Assembly (NCBI GenBank): GCA_963674825.1
Contig: OY771587.1
Location: 512,001-576,000, forward strand
DNA: 64,000 bases
From: Candidatus Cloacimonadales bacterium
Lineage (GTDB): Bacteria > Cloacimonadota > Cloacimonadia > Cloacimonadales > JAIOQZ01
Direction of reading: 5' to 3'
A program made the position numbers and the translations under genes. Below, piece by piece: positions 1 through 8,066 of the stretch. Below the pieces are notes generated by a model. It was not told where the DNA came from, searched no databases, and saw only the letters and a program-made list of their open reading frames with translations. Every line of letters starts with the position of its first letter. Position 1 is the stretch's first letter.

Positions 1-1118
1 ATTGTATAGACCGAATAATGGCCGTCGTACACCTTTTTGTAGGTTGCTCCAAACATGTATTGGCCTGACTTCAGATAGACATCTTCCCCATCGGCGCTGG
101 ACGTGAACCCGGATGAATCCTCGTGCGCAACTTCCGCTTTGTTTTCCGCCCAGAGCTGCGTGAAGGTAAGTTTGTCGGTCGGCGTGACACGTACAGTCTC
201 TTTCGCGTAAATTGACTGGTAGTCTGGATCAGCGTTGAGTCCGATCTCATCCGCAATCAGGTTCAGAAAACCGTGGTGATAAAATGCCAGGAAGGAACTC
301 TTATCCGTAATAGGGCCTTCCACATGGCCACCGTAGCCGGTCAGGCTTGCATCGAGCGCTACCTGGTATTCTTTCTCGTTGCCGTCCCGGGTCTTGAGAT
401 CGAGAACGGAAGAAGCCTTGTTACCGTAACGTGATGGGAACGCGCCGCTATAGAGGGTCAGTTCTTTAACCATCTCCGGTGTGATAAGGCTAATGGGACC
501 GCCACCATAGTTGGGAAAAGCAAAGTGATTCGGATTCTGGAGTTCGATATTGTCGAGAATGAAGAGGTTTTCGCCGTAATTTGCACCACGAATCATGATT
601 TCATTCATAGCGTCGGAACCGGAAACAACCGAAGGTGTCACCTGCACGGCACGCTGGATGTCGTAAGCTCCAGCAGGTTGAGTACGAATCTCCTCAATAT
701 CGAGCGTCTTGGTGCTGACGGGAGCGTCCTCGGGCTCGCGGAAATATGTTTCACCCGTTACGGTATATTTTTCCATCTTGAGAACCTGAACCTTCATCTC
801 CACGTTCAGCGTGATCGTCGTATTGGCTTGAACCATGACGTTGATCTTAGTTCGCGGTTCGTATCCTACACGGCGGTAGCTGACCTTATGGACGCCCGTC
901 GGGATGTTTTGTATCAGGTACTCACCTTGCGGATTAGAATATCCCCAAGCACTGTCGTCGATATAAATCGCGACTTGTTCGATTGGTTTCGAGGTATCTT
1001 CATCTTTGATTCTTCCGGCGATATGCCCCGTTTGCTCACGCGCAAAAAGCGTAAAGAACAGAATATACAGCACAAGTGCGAACAGCGTTCCTTTTTTGGT
1101 TCCCAATATCTTCTCCAT
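1..1118 (-). CDS. TonB-dependent receptor with N-terminal carboxypeptidase-regulatory-like domain (runs off the window edge)
   Basis: Manual translation of the minus strand from the ATG at 1118 stays open to the window edge: signal peptide MEKILGTKKGTLFALVLYILFFTLFA, 'GHIAGRIKDEDTSKPIEQVAI...VGYEP', plug motifs 'NEIMIRGANYGENLFILDNIELQNPNH' and 'LYSGAFPSRYGNKASSVLDLKTRDG'. Not in the ORF track because no stop codon lies inside the window. Confidence 0.88.
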   Translation of the reverse strand, partial: MEKILGTKKGTLFALVLYILFFTLFAREQTGHIAGRIKDEDTSKPIEQVAIYIDDSAWGYSNPQGEYLIQNIPTGVHKVSYRRVGYEPRTKINVMVQANTTITLNVEMKVQVLKMEKYTVTGETYFREPEDAPVSTKTLDIEEIRTQPAGAYDIQRAVQVTPSVVSGSDAMNEIMIRGANYGENLFILDNIELQNPNHFAFPNYGGGPISLITPEMVKELTLYSGAFPSRYGNKASSVLDLKTRDGNEKEYQVALDASLTGYGGHVEGPITDKSSFLAFYHHGFLNLIADEIGLNADPDYQSIYAKETVRVTPTDKLTFTQLWAENKAEVAHEDSSGFTSSADGEDVYLKSGQYMFGATYKKVYDGHYSVYT

Positions 1119-1353
1119 ATTCACTGTTTATAACGTATTTTGAGTTTCTCATTCACTGGGTTCACGTTAGGAAATTTGTTCAAGGTTCCCCGGTCAAGAA
1201 AAAAAGCGATAGAAAAAAGCATGATTCAAGAAAAAGTATAGAAAACAAAAATTTGTTCTTGCCATGCTGCCTCGATTGGAATCTAACTTGTATGATTAAT
1301 CCCCTTATCGCATGGCATACGTAGAATTGAAATAAACTAACAAGGAGTAATTT

Positions 1354-4300
1354 GTGAAAAAAACGGTACTGATCCCCATTCTTCTAGCGCTTTCGATTGT
1401 GATGCTGTTTTCTCTCGACAGTCAGAACCTCACCACCGAAGACGTATTCAGCTACAGCGCTACCAGCTCCGGTAACGTCGAAATGCAGTTCTCCACACCT
1501 GGAATGTCCCTGGAATCGTTCGAATCAGAACTGGGAACCTTTTCCAAGGTCAACATCGCAAGTCGCGATATCCCCTTTGTAACCGTGAAAGAAGGCATGC
1601 CAGAGCTGCCTTTCTTCAGCACGATGATCGCAATCCCGAATCACGGCTCTGTCGTTCTCGATCAACTGACTCTCAGCGAAAACCGGATTCCCTCCAATCC
1701 CGTGTATCCCTTCCAGAACACGGAAGAAGAACGCTCTGCCTTGATGGTAAACAACACGTTCTACCAGAGCGGATCAATTTATCCGGCAGAAGCTGTGCAG
1801 GTTGGCGAACCGGTCATCATGCGCAACCTTCGCATGGTTCCTGTGAATGTCTATCCTTATGCTTACGACCCGCAGACTCACGAGCTTGTCGTTCGCGATG
1901 ACATTTCATTCCAGATCAACACGAATAACACACCAGGTGTAAACGAGATTAACACCGACCGTCCGCTTTCGCGCAGTTTCGAGCCAATGTACCGCTCGGT
2001 TATCCTCAACTACGACGACATTCGTGATGAAAACCCCGTATATCAGAGACCTTGCATTTTAATTGTTCAGTGCGATAACTCCGCGGTTGACGATCAGGTT
2101 GCACAGCTTGCCGATTGGAAGCGCACCAAAGGCTTTGAAGTAACTGTTGTCAGCACTTCCGAGACTGGTGTTACTACCAATGGTATCAAGTCGTACATCC
2201 AGACAGCATACGATACATGGGAAAATCCGCCCGAGTACGTGATCCTTATCGGCGATGCCGGCGGTAGCTACGATATTCCCACCTGGAACTCGACAGGCGA
2301 CCACCCCTATACGCAGCTCGATGGCGGTGACATCCTGCCCGAAGTATTTATCGGACGCCTTTCCATCAGCAGCCCAACCGACATGATGACAATCCTCCAG
2401 AAGATCAACCTCTATGAGCGCGACCCTTATCTGGACGACCTGTCCATGTATCATCATTCATTGCTCGTGGGCGACACCAGTCCTTCCGGACTTTCCTGTG
2501 TCCTCACCAACAAGTACAATAAAGAACGGATCCTAACGTATGATCCGACCCATACTTTCACCGAGCTTTATGATAGCCAGCCAAGCCCAAGCCTGATGGA
2601 CAACGCCATCAACGCCGGTTCGCTCTTCTTCTCATACCGTGGTTATATCGGTATGAGCGGCTGGACGACAAGCAATGCCAACAACCTAAGCAATGTGAAC
2701 ATGCTGACCAACGCGGTAATCATCACCTGCGATACAGGCACTTTCGCATCGACCTATGATATCGCGCGTACGGAAGCCATACTCCGCGCCGGAACTCCAA
2801 CTGCGCCCAAAGGCGCTTGCAGCGCGATTGGTATGTCAACTTCCAGCACGCACACGCAGTTCAACAACATCCTGATGGGCGGTATCTTCCACGGCTTGTA
2901 TTCCAACGGAATGCACAACATGGGCCAGGCCATTATGTCCGGTAAGCTATACCTCTATCTCGGTTACGGAAATGTCAGTTCATCTACAGTCCAAAACTTC
3001 ACACAGTGGTGTAATCTGATGGGAGACCCGTCAATGGACATCTGGCATGGCGGACCAATGGAAATGACAGCCACCTACGAAACCTCCGTAGGCAAGGGAC
3101 AGGGCTATATCGATGTCTATGTTTGTGATGACAACAACGAACCACTCGAAGGCGTATGGGTTACCGCTCGCAAAGGCGAGGACGAACTCTTCGGTACCGG
3201 CCTGACTGACGATGCCGGTATGGTTACCGTCTCCTTCGATCCCGATCAGAGTGGCCTGGCAAATCTTACGATCACCAAGCCGGATTATATCCCGATCCTT
3301 GGTAGCTTCACCATCGAAACTACCGGTGGAATCGCTACAACCGATTTTACCGTCGATGACGACGATACAGGCTCTTCCAGCGGTAACAACAACGGAGAAC
3401 CAAACTCCGGTGAAACGATCGAGCTGTTCCTGAACCTGCATAACTACGACAATTCTTCAGCATCCAACGTAACCGCGGAGATTTCCACGGATGATGTATG
3501 GGTCGATGTTACACAGGATACTGATTCTTTCGGCACCATCTCTGTCAATGGTAATGGCGAAGGCCAGGCAGGTTTCGTTGTAGAAATCGCGGCAGACGCA
3601 CCCGACAAACACATCGTTCGTTTCGATCTCTCAATTACAGACGACGGCGGAAATAGCTGGGACAATAGCTTCTGGATGGAGATCAAAGGTAATGACGCCG
3701 ACGTTGAAGCAATACAGTACGTTGATGGCAACGATGGCGAATTGGAACCTGGCGAAACCAGCGACCTGGTCATCACCCTTCGTAACAACGGCGAAACCCT
3801 GCTTCAGGGAGTTTATGGCGCACTCAGAACCAACAGCTATTACCTGCGTGTCGATGACTCTCTTGCATACTTCGGCCCAATCACCCAGAACGGACAGGCA
3901 AGCTGTACAGCCGATCCATTTACCATTACCGGTCTTGGTATCGCGCTGCCAGGTCTCACCGTAAAAGCTCAACTTCGTCTATTCAACGATAACGGGTACG
4001 AGGAATTCGAAGACGTCATCATTCATGTCGGCGAAGCCGGCGCAGGCGACCCGATCGGTCCCGATGAATACGGATACGTCTGCTATGACTCTGAAGACAC
4101 GGACTACACGGATGCTCCTGTTTACGACTGGATCGAGATCGATCCGACTCACGGTGGATCCGGCACAAATACAGGAATTTCAGATAACTACGAAGAAGGC
4201 GACGACCTCGAGTATGTCGATCTGCCATTCACATTCAAATTCTATGGCGAATCTTACAATGAAATCGGTATCTGTTCGAATGGATGGATCACATTCATCG

Positions 4301-6825
4301 AGACCGAGCAGATGACATTCCGTAACTGGTATATCCCCGGTGCTCTCGGACCAGCAGCGATGATCGCGGCATTCTGGGATGAACTCAGAACAGGTAGCGG
4401 CGGAATCTATACATGGTACGACAGCACAAACGACTATTTCGTCATTGAATGGTCTCGCGTACAAAACTGGGTCGGTAGCGCGGAAGAGACTTTTGAAATC
4501 ATCCTCTACAATCCCGAGACCTACATCACACAGTCCTTCGACGGCATGATCAAGATTCAGTACATGACGTTCAACAATACTGACGCGAACCTCGACCCGT
4601 ACAACGAGCAGGGTAACTATTGTACCGTCGGTATCGAAGACCATACCGAATTACGCGGTCTTCAATATACCTATAATAACGAGTATGGCGAATCTGCAAT
4701 GCCACTCGGTGACGAGACTGCGATCCTTTTCACCGGTTTGCCGATGAGTTCGCAGGACAGCTACCTGATCCTCAATAGTGTCTTCCTGCACGATGCAGAC
4801 GGAAGCGGAATGGCGGATGCAGGCGAAAGCGTCGATCTGAGCATCAAGGTCGATAATGTAGGCATGTCTCCCGCAACGGGAACAACCGGTACGATCGTCT
4901 GCGATTCACCGTATATCGATATTACGGACGGTTCATCACCGTATGCAGACATCCCCAGCACCTACAATGGCTTCAACCTCGACCTCTTCAGCTTCGATGT
5001 ACTGCCTTCATGTCCGAATCAGTACGAAGCGCATTTCACTTTACAGCTGAATAACGACGATGGCTACTGGGAATACCCCTTCACGATAATCGTTTACAAA
5101 CCCACCGTCGATATTCTCTCTGCGATCGTGTATGATACTACCGGCAATAACGACGGCGTCTTCGATCCGGGTGAAGAAGGCTACCTCATTATCAACCTCG
5201 AAAACAACACCAACTCGCTCGCTCGCGAAGTATCCGCTGAGTTATCTGTCGATAGCGACCTCATCACCATCGGCGAATCGACAATGGAATTCGGAGATAT
5301 CGGCGCAGGCATGAACATGCAGAAAGCATACCCGATAACCGTGGATGCATCCATCCCCGTAGAATCTATGGTTCTCTTCACGGTGGATGTCGATTTGTAC
5401 GGTGGAACAGGCCAGACATTCGACTTCCAGGCTGGTATCGGTATTTGGGGCGCTCAGTCTGACTTCGAAGAAGACAATTGGAGCTTCACTCCGACCGGTA
5501 GCTGGGAATGGGGTACACCAAGCCTTGGCGCTCATTCGGGCACAAAGGCATGGGCGACTCGCCTTTATGCCAACTACTTCAACAACGCAGACTGGAAGCT
5601 CGATTCAACCGAATTCTATATCGGCCCATGCACAGAGCTCCACTTCTGGCATAAATATCAGACACAGACCGGCTACGACGGTGGCAACGTGAAGATCTCG
5701 ATCGACGGTGGAAACACCTGGAACGTTGTAGAGCCAAACGGCGGGTATCCTACCGCTTCGATCTCGAACGGTACTGCCGGCATCGGTGGAGAACCTGCCT
5801 ATTCCGGTTATCAGAATGAATTCACCGAAGCGGTTTTCGACCTCTCAGCATACAGTGGAAACTACGGTATCCTTCGCTGGCACTTCGGTTCAAACGGCTC
5901 AACTATCGCCTATGGCTGGATCATCGATGACGTTCTGGTCACCGGCAGTCAGGAAAAGGGCGCCGGTATCTCAGGTACTGTGACCCTGAGCGAAAACATG
6001 GCCGATATCGAAGATGTCGCCGTGACAACCGGGCTCTACACGACGCATCCAGACGCAGATGGGAACTACCTGCTCTACGTCTCCGAAAACACCTACGATC
6101 TCCAGGCCAATCTCGAGTACTTCGAAAGTGGCCTGATCGCTGACTTCGAAGCCGTTCCGGGAACTATTTCCACCGGAAATAACATGGTGCTGACATACCT
6201 GCAACCGGTTACGAACGCCGAGTGGTCACAGCTCAACGGTAGCGTTACCCTGACCTGGAACTACGAAGCACCGATACGGCATGAAGCACGCAACCAGAAA
6301 GGCCAGAGAACCACCTCCCGCGAGGAGTTCGAAAGCTTCAAGGTTTATCGTCAGGAAGAGACTGGACCGATGGTACTTGTCGGATCAGATATCACCGACT
6401 ACCAGTTCGTAAATCAGATCGATTCCCTCAAGACCTACACATATCAGGTTGTAGTAGAGTACGATGCCGGCCTCAGCGTACCGGTTGAGGTAGAGGATGT
6501 CTATTGGGATGGCACATTCTTCGGAAACGAGCCGAATGCTCCGTCCTATGTCAACAACCTCGGATCGAATTACCCGAATCCGTTCAATCCCGAAACCCGC
6601 ATCGATTTCAGCCTGAAGAACGCATCTCAGACCACACTCAAGATCTACAACATCAAGGGTCAGCTGGTCAAGACGATGGTCGATGCGAAATTGTCTGAAG
6701 GTGAACACCAGGTTATCTGGCGTGGAATCGATAATCGTAACCAGCCTGTTTCATCCGGTATCTACTTCTACCGGCTCGATACCGATGGTTATTCATCCAC
6801 CCAGAAAATGCTGCTGCTGAAGTAG
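1354..6825 (+). CDS. C25 (gingipain-like) multidomain secreted protein: propeptide, C25 domain, repeated Ig-like modules, C-terminal FlgD-Ig/T9SS-like sorting domain
   Basis: RBS AAGGAG before the GTG; signal peptide; 'GMPELP' propeptide; 'LADWKRTKGFEV', 'PEYVILIGD', 'PEVFIGRLS', 'NLMGDPSM'; C-terminus 'NYPNPFNPETRIDFSL...IYNIKGQLVKTM...VSSGIYFYRL'. Confidence 0.9.
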   Translation: MKKTVLIPILLALSIVMLFSLDSQNLTTEDVFSYSATSSGNVEMQFSTPGMSLESFESELGTFSKVNIASRDIPFVTVKEGMPELPFFSTMIAIPNHGSVVLDQLTLSENRIPSNPVYPFQNTEEERSALMVNNTFYQSGSIYPAEAVQVGEPVIMRNLRMVPVNVYPYAYDPQTHELVVRDDISFQINTNNTPGVNEINTDRPLSRSFEPMYRSVILNYDDIRDENPVYQRPCILIVQCDNSAVDDQVAQLADWKRTKGFEVTVVSTSETGVTTNGIKSYIQTAYDTWENPPEYVILIGDAGGSYDIPTWNSTGDHPYTQLDGGDILPEVFIGRLSISSPTDMMTILQKINLYERDPYLDDLSMYHHSLLVGDTSPSGLSCVLTNKYNKERILTYDPTHTFTELYDSQPSPSLMDNAINAGSLFFSYRGYIGMSGWTTSNANNLSNVNMLTNAVIITCDTGTFASTYDIARTEAILRAGTPTAPKGACSAIGMSTSSTHTQFNNILMGGIFHGLYSNGMHNMGQAIMSGKLYLYLGYGNVSSSTVQNFTQWCNLMGDPSMDIWHGGPMEMTATYETSVGKGQGYIDVYVCDDNNEPLEGVWVTARKGEDELFGTGLTDDAGMVTVSFDPDQSGLANLTITKPDYIPILGSFTIETTGGIATTDFTVDDDDTGSSSGNNNGEPNSGETIELFLNLHNYDNSSASNVTAEISTDDVWVDVTQDTDSFGTISVNGNGEGQAGFVVEIAADAPDKHIVRFDLSITDDGGNSWDNSFWMEIKGNDADVEAIQYVDGNDGELEPGETSDLVITLRNNGETLLQGVYGALRTNSYYLRVDDSLAYFGPITQNGQASCTADPFTITGLGIALPGLTVKAQLRLFNDNGYEEFEDVIIHVGEAGAGDPIGPDEYGYVCYDSEDTDYTDAPVYDWIEIDPTHGGSGTNTGISDNYEEGDDLEYVDLPFTFKFYGESYNEIGICSNGWITFIETEQMTFRNWYIPGALGPAAMIAAFWDELRTGSGGIYTWYDSTNDYFVIEWSRVQNWVGSAEETFEIILYNPETYITQSFDGMIKIQYMTFNNTDANLDPYNEQGNYCTVGIEDHTELRGLQYTYNNEYGESAMPLGDETAILFTGLPMSSQDSYLILNSVFLHDADGSGMADAGESVDLSIKVDNVGMSPATGTTGTIVCDSPYIDITDGSSPYADIPSTYNGFNLDLFSFDVLPSCPNQYEAHFTLQLNNDDGYWEYPFTIIVYKPTVDILSAIVYDTTGNNDGVFDPGEEGYLIINLENNTNSLAREVSAELSVDSDLITIGESTMEFGDIGAGMNMQKAYPITVDASIPVESMVLFTVDVDLYGGTGQTFDFQAGIGIWGAQSDFEEDNWSFTPTGSWEWGTPSLGAHSGTKAWATRLYANYFNNADWKLDSTEFYIGPCTELHFWHKYQTQTGYDGGNVKISIDGGNTWNVVEPNGGYPTASISNGTAGIGGEPAYSGYQNEFTEAVFDLSAYSGNYGILRWHFGSNGSTIAYGWIIDDVLVTGSQEKGAGISGTVTLSENMADIEDVAVTTGLYTTHPDADGNYLLYVSENTYDLQANLEYFESGLIADFEAVPGTISTGNNMVLTYLQPVTNAEWSQLNGSVTLTWNYEAPIRHEARNQKGQRTTSREEFESFKVYRQEETGPMVLVGSDITDYQFVNQIDSLKTYTYQVVVEYDAGLSVPVEVEDVYWDGTFFGNEPNAPSYVNNLGSNYPNPFNPETRIDFSLKNASQTTLKIYNIKGQLVKTMVDAKLSEGEHQVIWRGIDNRNQPVSSGIYFYRLDTDGYSSTQKMLLLK

Positions 6826-6867
6826 GACTACGAGCCTGAGCCTGGAGACAGGTGAAAGCATAATGAG

Positions 6868-6901
6868 AACCGCCCGTCGAATGATGGGCGGTTTTTTTTT
6901 T
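6868..6901 (+). terminator. Rho-independent terminator after the C25 gene
   Basis: ACCGCCCGTC-GAAT-GATGGGCGGT stem-loop followed by a long T run. Confidence 0.9.
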
Positions 6902-6924
6902 ATTGGCCCAAAGGAGAAGAGAAA

Positions 6925-6949
6925 GGCAGGAACAGGAGCCTGCCCCTAC
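6925..6949 (-). repeat. GTAG-type REP-like palindrome
   Basis: Minus strand reads GTAGGGGCAGGCTCCTGTTCCTGCC: a GTAG foot followed by a GGCAGG/CCTGCC stem. Confidence 0.6.
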
Positions 6950-6957
6950 GGTCTGCC

Positions 6958-6986
6958 CTGGGTACGCGGACGTCCTCGTCCGCATC
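6958..6986 (+). repeat. REP-like palindrome, GCGGAC family, copy 1
   Basis: CTGGGTACGCGGACGTCCTCGTCCGCATC; related copies at about 7811, 17545, 18231 and 27181. Confidence 0.8.
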
Positions 6987-7067
6987 GCCAAATTCCCTTC
7001 TCTCTTCAACCATCCCGAGTCAATAAATCAACATCCAGAATATGATTTCATGGGATTCCGGATAGAG

Positions 7068-7093
7068 AAAAGGGCAGACTCAGTAGTCTGCCC
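7068..7093 (-). terminator. Terminator for ispF
   Basis: GGGCAGACT/AGTCTGCCC stem followed on the minus strand by TTTTCTCT. Confidence 0.7.
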
Positions 7094-7113
7094 ATCGTAA
7101 AATGTAAGATTGG

Positions 7114-7593
7114 TTATTCAGCTACAGCAGTAACGATCGCAAACGCCTGAACGCCTTCACCACGACCGAAATCGGTGAGTCCTTCGCCCGTTGTGGCAGT
7201 AATGCCAATATCCTGCGGATCCAGTGGAAGCAGCTCGGAAAGCCTCTTGCGCATCGCGTCCATGAATGGCGTAATCATCGGCCTCTTGCATTCGATACTG
7301 ATGGATAGATGCGTCAGCTTGAAATCACCAAGATACTTAAGCGCTTCTTGAAGATATACCGCACTGTCGTCGATGCCCTCTTCCAGGCATATTCGGTCAC
7401 TTTCCTTACCGATGATATTCACGCCCGTGATACCAGAGATCGCGTTTGTAATCGCGTGCATCACGGCATCAGCGTCGCTGTTGCCTTTAAGCCCGGGAAG
7501 CCCAGGAAATTCGATTCCGCCGAGTATGAATGGCTTGCTATGATCGTCACCCATGCGGTGACTGTCTTGTCCGATACCAGTTTTAATTCTCAT
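7114..7593 (-). CDS. ispF: 2-C-methyl-D-erythritol 2,4-cyclodiphosphate synthase
   Basis: 'GIGQDSH', 'ILGGI', 'NSDADAVMHAITNA', 'ITATTGEGL...GRGEG'. Confidence 0.92.
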   Translation of the reverse strand: MRIKTGIGQDSHRMGDDHSKPFILGGIEFPGLPGLKGNSDADAVMHAITNAISGITGVNIIGKESDRICLEEGIDDSAVYLQEALKYLGDFKLTHLSISIECKRPMITPFMDAMRKRLSELLPLDPQDIGITATTGEGLTDFGRGEGVQAFAIVTAVAE

Positions 7594-7712
7594 GCGCTGA
7601 AGATTTCATTGGCCCATTCGATTGTCAATATTTATCCAGCGACATGCGGAGAGCAACGCTGGAGCATATCGAAGCACGATACGGCATTTCATGATGCATT
7701 CGGCGTCACTTC

Positions 7713-7808
7713 GTAGCGCTCGACCTCCTGTGTGTTTGCATACAAACACGAATCCCGAGTGAAACGATAGCGAGCCTGAGGAAGCGCTGTTCGGAGATCA
7801 GCGCCTAC
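7713..7808. repeat. REPIN-like inverted pair of GTAG repeats
   Basis: GTAGCGCTCGACCTCC at 7713 faces GGAGATCAGCGCCTAC ending at 7808; internal hairpin GTGTTTG-CATA-CAAACAC. Confidence 0.55.
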
Positions 7809-7810
7809 AC

Positions 7811-7839
7811 CTGGGAACGCGGACGTCCCCGTCCGCATC
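7811..7839 (+). repeat. REP-like palindrome, GCGGAC family, copy 2
   Basis: CTGGGAACGCGGACGTCCCCGTCCGCATC. Confidence 0.8.
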
Positions 7840-7953
7840 TTCACTCCCCCCTCTGCTTCTAACATCCACCATCCATGACATCAACATTCAAAAGATGATT
7901 TCATGGAGGTGCGCACATTAGGATGGGATAAACCATATGATATACTGGGATAG

Positions 7954-7980
7954 AAAAAGGCAGGTCAAATGACCTGCCTT
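7954..7980 (-). terminator. Terminator downstream of the second C25 gene
   Basis: AAGGCAGGTCA/TGACCTGCCTT stem with a T-rich tail on the minus strand. Confidence 0.75.
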
Positions 7981-8066
7981 CTATTTATTAACGATCCACT
8001 TTCGCTATTTCGCTACGCGAAAGGCTTTCGTTTGATGATTTCGTTTTTGCTTCGCAAAATCCGAAA

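Noticed and set aside
525..1324. Plus-strand ORFs 525..1133 and 1076..1324
   Set aside because: Antisense shadows of the TonB-dependent receptor and its promoter region; no recognisable motifs.
6925..7840. CRISPR array from the palindromic repeats
   Set aside because: Copies are few, dispersed and not regularly spaced; no cas genes are present.
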